This document shows positions 37,343 through 47,759 of a DNA stretch of 64,000 bases, piece by piece (position 1 is the stretch's first letter; every line of letters starts with the position of its first letter). The notes beneath the pieces are model-generated. The model ran no database searches. It had not been told where the DNA came from and saw nothing but the letters and a program-made list of their open reading frames with translations. The position numbers and the translations under genes were made by a program. The stretch is from a virus (lineage: Duplodnaviria; Caudoviricetes): the IMG/VR virus record IMGVR_UViG_3300024999_000096, positions 2,162 through 66,161 of that record; one strand, given 5' to 3'.

Positions 37343-40300
37343 ATGAATTTAAGTATAGAGGAATCAATTGAATTGTTTAAAAAGGTTGAAGAAAATAGAA
37401 ATTATGATAAATATCGTTTTATGGTAGATCAAATTGTTCGTTCAGGAAAAGTTTACGAAAGCACTTATGACTATCTTAAAGAAAAGATTGAAAATGGAGA
37501 ACTCCCTCCTGAAGACGCTTTTGTTTTATTTGTCTCCAATATCAGAAATACTCTAAAAGTTTTAACTAATATTGAATATTTAATTGCATCAAAATTAGAA
37601 AACAAATCAATCTAAGAATTGATGCTATTATATTGGAAGGAAGTTTGTCGAATGATAATTATTATATTAATACTTATTTTAATACTATTTATTGTTGGTT
37701 GTTTCTTTTTTGGAAACGATATAGAATGTCAACAGAGACATGATAAATGTGTGAAAGAGTATCCTTTTTGGTGGGATTAAAAATTATTTATAGTGGATTA
37801 AAACTTTGATTTTGTTTGAGGAGGGAATAAGAAATGGGAAAATTAACATTAGCTGAATTCGAAGCAATAGACAGAATTAAAATTGATGCCTTAATATCTT
37901 TACTTATCAATGAAGACATTATTGATAAAAGTGAATTATCAAGACTTATGAAAAATAGTATTAATAACCTTGTTGATTGCAGTAGCAAAGAAAACATCAA
38001 AGCAGAAATTAGTATATTTTTAATGAATTTATAAAATATAGGAGGAATTAATAAATGAAAAAAGAAAAAGAAGGAAGTTTTCTATGGGTTTTGCAAGAAG
38101 TCGCTAAATACGAGAGTGCTTTGGCCAGTTGTGCTATTGAAGGAAATAAGTTTGGAAGAAAACATTTGGATGCTGTTAAAGGAATGGAATTAGTTGAGAA
38201 ATATAAATATTTGAAGCAGGTTTTTGATTTGTTAGAAGAAAAATATAGTTGATTTTTTTTGGTAAATTAATGCTTGACATATTGTAAGGAATGTATGAGA
38301 GGAGCTTAGATTATAAATGGAAGAAATTAAAGAAATACAATCAATTTTTATTGCGAAAGATGGAAAGAAATTTAAAAGTAAGATTGCTTGTCAAAATTAT
38401 GAGGATAAATTAGATAGAACTGAGTATAAAAACAAAATTAAAACAATGGATCTGGATGAATTAAATATTCAAATGGTAAACTTTTTAGGTGAGAAAAACA
38501 AACAATATGCTAATGATTTAAATGATGCTTTTGAGATTGCAGAAAAAAGAGGTTTATTTAGCGGAGAAGAGTATTATTTATACAAAGATTATACTAATAA
38601 CTGGTGTATCGGGCATATGGAATGGGAGTCAATACAAGATGATATTGTAGCTGATACAATTCCAGAAGCAATTTGTAAGTTTTTATTATTACAATTTCAT
38701 GAATTGCTTTGATATAAATAACTTATGTGGAATGAGAGGAGTAAAAAATAATGTTATGTATAAGAAATGAAACTTGTCATAAAGATGAATTATTCTGCTG
38801 TTACTCATGCGAAGTGATATGTGCAACAAAAAATGATTGCAATGATGAAGAGTGTATAAATAACCCAAACAACATTCTAAAGAAAAAAGAGCAAGATATT
38901 AAACAAAAAGAAGACATTAAATGGTTATTGGCAGAATTGTTGAAAGCAGGTAGATATGCAGAGGTAGATTTTGAAAAGATTACTGAGGTGGCAAAACGTA
39001 ATGGATATGAAATTAATGAAGATTTGGATTTGGAAGAAATATAAAAGGAGGGAAATAATGTTTAAGAAATTTAACTATAATTTAAATCATAGTCCTGTTG
39101 GAGCAATATGGGGTTTCTCATTAGTAGCATTTATATGTTGTTTATTCGTATATTTGATTAAAGTAGAAGGTGTTATGGATAAAAATGAAATGATTATGGC
39201 TACTTTGTGGTGTGTAACAATAGCAAATTTCATTACTTCTACCTATATATTATTTACTGGTGAAATTAAACAAGTAAATGTCAATTATGTGTGTCCAACT
39301 GCTAGAAAACATATGAGTGAACAAGAAATAGAGGAAATTGAAGGAGAAAATAATGTTTAAAGATTATAGAGGATTTGACACAGAAAAATTATATAAAGGT
39401 GCTGTGGTTTATGTTCATGATTCTTGTGAATGCAATGAAAATATTACAGGGTTTTATTTAGTAAACACTTGCATAAGAGATTCTTTATCGCTAGTAAATG
39501 ATGATGGGGATATTTTTCAAGTACATATTGACAAATTTACAGAAACCAATGATGAAACTGGTGATTATGCTCCTTATAGTAGATTATCGTTAGAGATGCC
39601 AAAATTAGAATTGTAGATGAAGTGGGGGGAATTTAATCTAAGTTAAAATTGAAAGGGTGTTTTATAAATGGGATGTTATGATATGGTAGTTGGAAATTTT
39701 GTTTGCCCGTATTGTAATAATGTTGAGAGGGTAGTGTTAGAACAAACTAAGTCAGGAGCATGTCAATTTGATGATTATGGGTTAGGTGAATGTGCTCCAG
39801 GTTTCTATAGCGATAATGTAGATAAGGGAAATCGTAGTTGTGGAAAATGTAAGATTGAATATGATTATAAAGTGACATATGAATCAGGAGTTATGACTTC
39901 TATTAAAATTAAGGATAAAATATTTGATATTACTTATACATATCGCAAACCGGAAGAATGCGTTGCTAAAGTCTATACTGAAGATGATCTGCAAAAAATG
40001 AGTAGTAGATTAAAATGGTTAAAAGAAGTTTTGGAATTTAATATTGAAAGAATAAAACAAGCAGAAAAAGTTATTAATGACATTAATCCTAAGATTGATT
40101 TGTTAAAATCTAAGATTAGTAGTCAAGTAAATCAGAAATATGGGTTGTAATTTGTAAAATTAGAAAAATTGCAAAATAACCCAACCTTGTAACCCTACTG
40201 TAGCAACACTTTTAAAACCAATATTTACCATAAAAATCAAATTTTAAAGGTTTTTGGAAAGGAGAAATAATTTTGGAATGTCCATATTGTGGTTATGAAT

Positions 40301-41439
40301 TAAAATGCACAGATTACTATGGTAAGCGTCAAATAGCAGAACATTATTGGTCGTACCCTCAGTCTTGGATAGAGAAAGAAGGAGATATTTTCAAATGTGA
40401 TAATGAAGGGTGCGACATGTATCAAGAAAGCTTTTATACTGATTCAAGGGGCGAGTTATATGAAAGGTATCCATGTTGATTTAATCAGATAAATGAGTTA
40501 TTTTGAATGTTTTAAGAAAGGGGATAATACTTTGAAAGTTAAAGAAATGTTTAATATTGATAAAGATGAGATCAAAGAAATATTAACGGAATATTTATCT
40601 AAAAAGGGATTTAATAATATTACAAGTCTAAAAATTACTGTTGGAAATAATTCCCATGATCTTATTAGTGGTTGTGGTTATATAGGTATGCATATAGATG
40701 TTGAAAATACCAAAGATATCAATTGAATGAACATATTCGAAGGATAATGGAGTGATTTTATGCAAATGAGGATTACAAACTATGGAATTTAAAGAATATA
40801 ATGAATTAATTGAAAAGGTAAGAAATAAGGGACGTAAAGATTTTGCTATGGAATTGGAAGAAATAATTAAAAAGTATCATCATCCATTAACTTTATGGGA
40901 TACAGAGAGTTTATTAGATGATTTATGCGACAAGATTAGAAAGGAGAGTAATAAAAATGATAAATGATGATCCATGTCCTTACTGTCAAAGTCTTGATGT
41001 AAATATTGAAGATGTAATTTGGGTATCGTTTAATAATGAGGGCGAAGGAATTACAGAAATAAGGCATTATTGTCAGACTTGTAAAAATTCATATCCAGTT
41101 ATGATAACTTTTGATTATAAAGTTACTAAAAGAGAATATGGGAAATAAATAAATTAGAAAGGAGAATAATTAAAAATGAAACCAATATTCCAGTGTGATT
41201 TTTGTACCATGTTACTCCCAAAAGAAGAAATGGAAATCCATGAGAAAGTTTGTGATTATAATGTAATAAATAAAACTTGTTTGACTTGTAAGAATGCTAG
41301 GATGCGAGATGGGAGATTACAATATTGCAGAGTTGGAGAACAAATGAATGTGCAACATGGGTTTATGATTAAGATTTATCCAGTTGTTGGTTGTGACAAG
41401 TGGGAATTTGGGATTCCAAATGATATTAAAGGGATTTGA
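37343..41439 (+). CDS. Run of short hypothetical ORFs, many Zn-finger-like
   Basis: ORF track. Confidence 0.55.
38317..38712 (+). CDS. Phage ABA-sandwich-like protein
   Basis: YANDLNDAFEIAEK...ADTIPEAICK. Confidence 0.5.
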   Translation: MEEIKEIQSIFIAKDGKKFKSKIACQNYEDKLDRTEYKNKIKTMDLDELNIQMVNFLGEKNKQYANDLNDAFEIAEKRGLFSGEEYYLYKDYTNNWCIGHMEWESIQDDIVADTIPEAICKFLLLQFHELL

Positions 41440-41569
41440 GGTGGTTTGGTTTGAAGGTTGGAAGGAGGAGATTAGAATGTAGAAATAAAAGTTTTTAGTT
41501 AGGTATAGGACAAAATGAAATTGTCTATAATATAATCACAAGGAAATAAAAAGGAGTGTGATTATAGTT

Positions 41570-41956
41570 ATGCAAAGAGGAGAGATATACTTAGCTACAG
41601 TTAAAAATAATATTGGAGGATCAGTGCAAACAATTTGTCAAAGACCAATGATAATTATTTCAAACCATATGAGTTTGTTACATTCACCTGTTATTCACGC
41701 AATTCCGCTATCTAGTAAGGTTTTTAAGAAGTGGATACCCACGCACGTTTCTGTGCCAATGGCTAGTAGTGGGCTATTGAAAGATTCTGTTGCACTTTGC
41801 GAACAGGTGATGCTTCTTCCGAAAGAGGTTTTTAGCAAAAAAATAGGAGTATGCAGTAATTTTGTTATAAATAAATTGGAAGAGGGTTTGATGGTACAGT
41901 TTGGATTGTTTAACCATAATCAAAATTCAAAAAATAATGTTGCGTATGCAAATTAA
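41570..41956 (+). CDS. mazF: MazF/PemK endoribonuclease
   Basis: MQRGEIY...GGSVQ...RPMIIISN...AIPLSSK...PTHV...GLLKDSVALCEQV. Confidence 0.85.
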   Translation: MQRGEIYLATVKNNIGGSVQTICQRPMIIISNHMSLLHSPVIHAIPLSSKVFKKWIPTHVSVPMASSGLLKDSVALCEQVMLLPKEVFSKKIGVCSNFVINKLEEGLMVQFGLFNHNQNSKNNVAYAN

Positions 41957-41977
41957 GAAGGAGAGATATATTAATAA

Positions 41978-42664
41978 ATGGATTTTATAGTCTATTTAAC
42001 TAGAGGAACCTTAAACATATTTAACATCAATGTAAATACAATTAATGAGGTATTTAATAACGAGCATTATTCAAAAATCAACAATTTAATAAAAACACAT
42101 AGAAAAAAAGAAATACAAACTAATGCAGAACATGTTTTTCAGTTAGTAGAAAATGGAATTACTCTTGCTTATAGTGAGATACTTAAATATATAATTGTTT
42201 TATTTATAGCAAAATGTTTGTGTTTAAGTATTTCACTTCCAGTATTCTTTGTCATGACTATTTTCACTATTCTTAGAGCTTCCGCAGGAGGGGTACATTT
42301 ATCTACCTTTAATAAATGTTTTGGGGCAATGATAATATGTTTTCTTTCTTTAGGATGGATAGTAACTCAAATACATATAAACTATTTACATTTAATAATT
42401 GGATATATAATAAGTATATATTTAGCTTATAAATATGCTCCTCAAGAAAGAGAAGATAAATCAGATAAAGATTGTGATAATGGTAATATAAAAAAGTATA
42501 GAAGTATATTGTTTGTTACAGTTTGTTGTTTTTTAAGTATTGTGCTTTTAAATTCACATCAAATAGTTAGTATAAGTGTCTTTTTTGGAATATTGCTCGA
42601 AACATTTACAATTACGCCCATTGGAACTAGATTTTTTAAGTGGATCGATGGAGGACATATATGA
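41978..42664 (+). CDS. agrB: AgrB-family AIP-processing membrane peptidase
   Basis: LRASAGGVHLSTFNKC (catalytic His/Cys motif) and YKYAP; multi-pass membrane protein. Confidence 0.9.
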   Translation: MDFIVYLTRGTLNIFNINVNTINEVFNNEHYSKINNLIKTHRKKEIQTNAEHVFQLVENGITLAYSEILKYIIVLFIAKCLCLSISLPVFFVMTIFTILRASAGGVHLSTFNKCFGAMIICFLSLGWIVTQIHINYLHLIIGYIISIYLAYKYAPQEREDKSDKDCDNGNIKKYRSILFVTVCCFLSIVLLNSHQIVSISVFFGILLETFTITPIGTRFFKWIDGGHI

Positions 42665-43281
42665 TCGAAGTAGTAGTTATTGCTTGTTTGGTTGCAAAAC
42701 TCAAAGGATATAAATGGTCTGAAATATTTAAAGTTTTTAAACATTGGAGTGCTTACTCAATTATATTAACCTGTATACTGAACATATATATTGTGTATTT
42801 GATGATTCACGGAGAATATTGGTTTTTACAATATAGTAGTTGTATAAAAAATGTTACATTTCTATTTTACATATTGTTAATTGTTAAATATAAACTAATT
42901 AATATTTCTGTATTTAAAAATATTAACATAAAAAAGAATGGACAATTAATTACGTCACTTACATCTCCAGTTATTATAGGAGCATTATGTGCAACCGTAG
43001 GATCTAAATTAAATGAATTAGCTATGTTTTATAATAATGGTAAAATGCCTGTATTCCCAAGCAATAGTATCAGTATTGGGTTTTCAAAGATTGATATGTT
43101 TGAAAAAGCGTCAGTATTTAATGATTTTCATATATTGGGGAACTACACGACAAAATTAATATTTTTAACCGATACTTGGGATATTTTTTATGTAATAATG
43201 AGTCCAGGTGATATATTGATAAAGTTATTTGCTGGAATGATTTTATATTATTCAATTAAACAAAGTAAAGTTTTACTATAA
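42661..43281 (+). CDS. DUF5317-family membrane protein
   Basis: LNELAMFYNNGKMPV...LIFLTD...SPGDILI; ATGA overlap with agrB. Confidence 0.75.
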   Translation: MIEVVVIACLVAKLKGYKWSEIFKVFKHWSAYSIILTCILNIYIVYLMIHGEYWFLQYSSCIKNVTFLFYILLIVKYKLINISVFKNINIKKNGQLITSLTSPVIIGALCATVGSKLNELAMFYNNGKMPVFPSNSISIGFSKIDMFEKASVFNDFHILGNYTTKLIFLTDTWDIFYVIMSPGDILIKLFAGMILYYSIKQSKVLL

Positions 43282-43296
43282 ATATAAAAATAATGT

Positions 43297-43325
43297 TTGA
43301 CAATTAGACAAATATGTATTATACT
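43297..43325 (+). promoter_or_regulatory. Sigma-A promoter
   Basis: TTGACA-17-TATACT. Confidence 0.8.
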
Positions 43326-43354
43326 CAATATATAAGGTGAAGGAGGAAATACAT

Positions 43355-44164
43355 ATGAAAGATTTAACTAATATCATTACATGCTTCTTTTTTCTCGCGG
43401 TTCCAGATTTTATCTTTATGGTAATGTTGCTAATAAAATTTATGAATAAAAGAGAATTATTGGATGTTTATAGATTAAAAGAAAATATTAAATGGTATAT
43501 AATTTTGATTATACCACCTTCTCTACTAGTAAGTGTTCTAATTTATGGATTTAAATTTCAAAGAAATATTTCTTCAATAATAAGTTTAATTTTGCTATAC
43601 TTTATTTCAATTTATGTATTTGAAAAGACAAAGATAGAAGAAGTAAAACTTTTAAGAATAAAAATTCTTATAAGATTTATTCCTTTGTATATAAGTCTAA
43701 TAGCAATCGATCTGGCAACTGCACCTGTTTTGTTTTATTTTTTACATTTAGATTTTCAAAAAATTTATAATGATATACATTTACTTTTGATATGTTCTCT
43801 TGCATCAAGAATTATAGAGTTTTCAATTATTACATTTATACTTACATATAAGCAGAGAAAATTTCAGGTTAATTTATTAGAGTATATTTATAAAAATACC
43901 TTTTTTAGAAGATTTGTTATAATTACAATGATCTTATTAATGATATTCGAAATATGCATACTAAAATTGGCTATATATAATAATTTTTTAAATATTTTAA
44001 AATCATTAACAGGACAAATAGTTATTGTTATAGGTTTTATTTATCTGATACCTTCCATTGTTATAATAGGTTTATATTTAATAATAAATCATTGTGTTTC
44101 TCTTCTAAATAGTGTGAAGCAGACTTCTAATCTACCTTCTAATGAAGATGATATGTCTGTTTAG
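43355..44164 (+). CDS. Multi-pass membrane protein, candidate AIP receptor (AgrC-like sensor module without kinase)
   Basis: About 7 TM segments; immediately upstream of agrD; no HisKA/HATPase motifs. Confidence 0.55.
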   Translation: MKDLTNIITCFFFLAVPDFIFMVMLLIKFMNKRELLDVYRLKENIKWYIILIIPPSLLVSVLIYGFKFQRNISSIISLILLYFISIYVFEKTKIEEVKLLRIKILIRFIPLYISLIAIDLATAPVLFYFLHLDFQKIYNDIHLLLICSLASRIIEFSIITFILTYKQRKFQVNLLEYIYKNTFFRRFVIITMILLMIFEICILKLAIYNNFLNILKSLTGQIVIVIGFIYLIPSIVIIGLYLIINHCVSLLNSVKQTSNLPSNEDDMSV

Positions 44165-44195
44165 CAAATAATTATTAAGTAAGGAGGTGAAAAAT

Positions 44196-44315
44196 ATGAA
44201 AAATAAAGTATTAGCAAGTGGTTTGGTAATTATTGCTTCTATTGCTGTATATGCAGCAACCATGCCTTGTCTGGCTGCATGGCATCAACCAAAAACCCCT
44301 AAGTGTATCGCGTAA
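44196..44315 (+). CDS. agrD: AgrD cyclic autoinducing peptide precursor (not in ORF track)
   Basis: RBS AAGGAGGTG; MKNKVLASGLVIIASIAVYAATMPCLAAWHQPKTPKCIA has an amphipathic leader plus C-x4-HQPxxP as in clostridial AgrD. Confidence 0.9.
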   Translation: MKNKVLASGLVIIASIAVYAATMPCLAAWHQPKTPKCIA

Positions 44316-44332
44316 TACATACCCAATCATCT

Positions 44333-44361
44333 AAGGAGGGAGTTTTATACTCTCTCCTTTT
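44333..44361 (+). terminator. Rho-independent terminator after agrD
   Basis: AAGGAGGGAGT-tttat-ACTCTCTCCTT-TT. Confidence 0.75.
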
Positions 44362-44389
44362 GAATTATAAAATAATTTTAAATACCCTA

Positions 44390-44418
44390 TTGACATATTT
44401 GCCACCACAATGTATTAT
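44390..44418 (+). promoter_or_regulatory. Sigma-A promoter
   Basis: TTGACA-17-TATTAT. Confidence 0.75.
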
Positions 44419-44483
44419 AGTAGTATAAAGTAAGAATTCAAAAAATTTATATTTACTTAATAAAGAAAGGTGGATGAATTAAT

Positions 44484-45296
44484 ATGTTTTTTAATGCAAA
44501 GAAGAAGATCGAGGTAGTTAAATCAAATGAGGTAAAGGATTTTAAGAAGCTTTCAAATCTAGTGAAGATCGCAGTAGGGCATAATACTATTAAAGAATTT
44601 GCAGGTCGTTGTGGAATCCCTAATTATTTCGAAAGTATATTAGGAATCATAAACGAAAAAATAACTACATACCCAGAACTTTGGCTCCTTCAAAAAATTT
44701 CTAATGGATCAGAATTGCGAGTATCCTTTGATGAATTAAGAATTGCTTGTGGTTATAGTTTGAATGATGGAGATGTTAATTTAAAAGATATAAAACCATT
44801 TTGGGGAGGAATCTATTGGTGCGACTTCAAAAATTACGTCGATAGTGTCACTGGAGGCATACATCCTGCCGTAATCACGCAGAACAATATAGGAAATGAC
44901 AGGGCCACGATCACTTGGGCTGTGCCTTTGACTAGTAAAATAAGTAAGAATTTTCAACCTACTCATATAAAAATTTCTAAAAATTGTGGATTGGAAAAAG
45001 ATTCTGAAATTATTATAGAGCAAATGAGAGTTATTACGAAACGCGATCTATTAATTGATGGGCATGTTAATTTTATTTGTGAATGCCCAGAAGACATTAT
45101 GCGTCAAGTGTCGATTGGCATTATGAAACAGGCAGGAATGGTGCATGCCAAAGCTAAAGAGTCTACAGTGAGCAGATTTTTAGATAAACTTAATGAATAT
45201 GTTAATAAAGAGGAAGAAAGTCGTCTCAACCGCATCAGAAGCAATAACTTTAATACAGCAATTCCTCAATCCCAAAGAGTTGCATCTTTAGCATGA
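44484..45296 (+). CDS. XRE-HTH-like plus MazF/PemK fusion protein
   Basis: N-terminal TIKEFAGRCGI...LLQKIS...VSFDELRIACGY; C-terminal GIYWCDF...GGIHPAVITQN...VPLTSK...PTHI...EQMRVI. Confidence 0.75.
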   Translation: MFFNAKKKIEVVKSNEVKDFKKLSNLVKIAVGHNTIKEFAGRCGIPNYFESILGIINEKITTYPELWLLQKISNGSELRVSFDELRIACGYSLNDGDVNLKDIKPFWGGIYWCDFKNYVDSVTGGIHPAVITQNNIGNDRATITWAVPLTSKISKNFQPTHIKISKNCGLEKDSEIIIEQMRVITKRDLLIDGHVNFICECPEDIMRQVSIGIMKQAGMVHAKAKESTVSRFLDKLNEYVNKEEESRLNRIRSNNFNTAIPQSQRVASLA

Positions 45297-45396
45297 AAAT
45301 AAAATAGATGGTCATTATATCACTTACTAATTATTGTCACAATTGTTGTAATGACCATCTCTACACAACAAATAAAATTAGAAAGAGGAGTATTTA

Positions 45397-46207
45397 TATG
45401 CAAACACTATCCCTTTCCCATATCCTCCTAAACACAATCTTCACATCGCTCCCAGAAGAAGGATTCGTCGCAATAATAACATTAATCTTCCTAAAACTAA
45501 ATAATCTCCTAGACATCTACATGTGGAATAAAAGCCTAAAATGGATTGCATTAGCTGTACTTCCAGTATCCATAATGATAAATATCCTTCGTTACATAAT
45601 TATAGTACCAAAGCAAAATATGATGATTTCAACTATGATTATCATGATTTTACTCATGGAATTTATAGTCCTAAACAATAGTTTCAATATAACTATTTCC
45701 CTAATACTAAAAACAGCAATATTCACAATCGCAGGATTTGTCATTGTAGGGCTAGTAGAATTATCATATTGTCCTCTTATATTATCAATAGTGGATAAAC
45801 CAATCTCATTTTTCAATGACAATGTTTTCTATAATTTTCTATTAGGTATCCCTGCGAGAGTATTATATTTATGTGTAATTTCGTTTGTTGTAATGAGAAG
45901 AAATAATTCAGTTCATGTTAATTTATTCAATTCCATATTTAAAAACAAATTCTTTATGTGTAGTCTTATAACAATAGTATTGGCTAGGATATCTGCAATT
46001 GTATATATTGCAAAATTAGTAAACAATAATCATATTTTATTCAATCTACAAATTGTGGATCAATTAATAATTATGGTTGTAACAATGTCCATTCCAGTAA
46101 TATTAGTTACTTGGTTATTAATGTTTGTAAATAATCTATTGTGTAAGGAAGAAATTAAATTTCAAAATTATGAGAATATGGTTAATTCAAGTGGAAAGGT
46201 AGTATAA
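45397..46207 (+). CDS. Second multi-pass membrane protein, probable paralog of 43355-44164
   Basis: Shared pattern (SLPEEGF/AVPDFIF; LLDIY/LLDVY; KW; VNLFNSIFKNKFF/VNLLEYIYKNTFF); no kinase domain. Confidence 0.65.
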
Positions 46208-46227
46208 CTAAATATATAAAATAATAT

Positions 46228-46377
46228 TTGACATAGCATTACCCAAAATGCTATAATCATAAATAGAAACATAAATAATAAAAGTAATCAGGCATTCTTC
46301 TTGACGTATCGGCATATTATATATTATAATAGCATTGCGTATTATTAACCAATACATAGCAACATAACTTGTTGCTG
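46228..46377 (+). promoter_or_regulatory. Tandem promoters with operator-like inverted repeats
   Basis: TTGACA-18-TATAAT containing ATAGCATT-N6-AATGCTAT; TTGACG-18-TATAAT; AGCAACA-N5-TGTTGCT. Confidence 0.65.
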
Positions 46378-46403
46378 ATATGTCAAAAGGAGGAATAAAT
46401 ATT

Positions 46404-47759
46404 ATGAAACAAGATCGTCAAATTCTTGAGGATATTCTTAATTTAGTCATTGAAGATTATGCTAATGACAATCAAATTCAAGAGCAGGTTGTAGGTAAAT
46501 TATTAGAAAGAGGTATCCCAAGGGGTAGAACTACAGGTATATTCACTAAAGCAATTCCTTTAGTCTATGTTGAAGAAATTGAACTATGTTTATTTACAAA
46601 ATACCTTTATGGTTATACTCACCGAACAGAAATAAATCCAGATGAGTTCTTTACAGAGATTGAATTGTCTTCTGCTGATTATTACAAAAAACTTGATAAA
46701 GAAAAGGTTAAATACATTTTACTTCATAATGTTGATCAAATAGATGATAGTCAGTGGTTATGTACAAAAGAAACTTATCAAAATATTAATCTTTATATGG
46801 GTAATGGATTATTGACATATAATCCAAACACTCAAAGACAACTCTTAAAAAGACGAAGTGGAAACAGAATTGTTGAATCTATTAATATTGACAGTAAGAA
46901 AGTATCAGAAATTACAGAGTCAATGATAGATGGTTCTTTTTGTACTAATGCTATTATGTGGAACATTCGTAAAATAAATGGGCAAGAAAAGTTTAAGTAT
47001 GATCTTAAAACTAGAACGTTATTAATTGAACCTGATAACATGTCTACTCTGGTTGACATAATTGATGGTGCGAATCGCACTTGTGGTATGTTAAAAACTG
47101 TTGAAACTAAAAATGATATAGATCGAGTAACATCAATTTATATTCACCACGTTACTGAAGAGCGTGCCAATGAAATAATTCGACAAGAAAGCAAAAGTAC
47201 GCAAATTGAAACTGAATGGGTTGATTTTAAAAATACAGCTAATCCAAATATGGAAGTAGCAAAAGCTATTAATTCTAGGCAAAGGGCAAATGAAATGTTT
47301 AATCGCATAGCCTTAAATGAAAAGGAATTGATTGTCGAAAGCAAATTCATGACATTTGATACTTTGTCAAAATCTATTGAATTTCTTTATGATCTTAAAG
47401 AGGAACCAGTTATCAGAACGTCACAAGTTGAAGATGATATTGTAGAGATATTTAATAATGTTATTGGTATTTATTACTCAAAATTCAAAGCAGAATTATC
47501 TAATACCAAAGAAACTTCATATCTTGCACATAATAACATGTTTATGGGGTATATTATTTTAGGAGATTTATTAAAGCAAAAGTATGGCGATGACTGGAAA
47601 CCTGAATTAGTAAAAGTATTAAACTCTTTAGACTTTGATAAATCAAATAAAATTTGGAAGAAAATTGGAATCGAAAACCATGTAAATTTATCTACATTCA
47701 AAAAGATTTCTGATTATTTTAAAGATGTTGTTTATCAACATGAGAAGGAGGTATCATAA
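46404..47759 (+). CDS. DndB/DGQHR-like protein, SPbeta YopQ(SroE)-like
   Basis: LTYNPNTQR...IIDGANR; about 450 aa; translationally coupled to an integrase-like gene. Confidence 0.65.
   Translation: MKQDRQILEDILNLVIEDYANDNQIQEQVVGKLLERGIPRGRTTGIFTKAIPLVYVEEIELCLFTKYLYGYTHRTEINPDEFFTEIELSSADYYKKLDKEKVKYILLHNVDQIDDSQWLCTKETYQNINLYMGNGLLTYNPNTQRQLLKRRSGNRIVESINIDSKKVSEITESMIDGSFCTNAIMWNIRKINGQEKFKYDLKTRTLLIEPDNMSTLVDIIDGANRTCGMLKTVETKNDIDRVTSIYIHHVTEERANEIIRQESKSTQIETEWVDFKNTANPNMEVAKAINSRQRANEMFNRIALNEKELIVESKFMTFDTLSKSIEFLYDLKEEPVIRTSQVEDDIVEIFNNVIGIYYSKFKAELSNTKETSYLAHNNMFMGYIILGDLLKQKYGDDWKPELVKVLNSLDFDKSNKIWKKIGIENHVNLSTFKKISDYFKDVVYQHEKEVS

Noticed and set aside
46404-47759. Dnd phosphorothioation system
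   Set aside because: Only a DndB-like fold is present; no dndCDE or ssp genes
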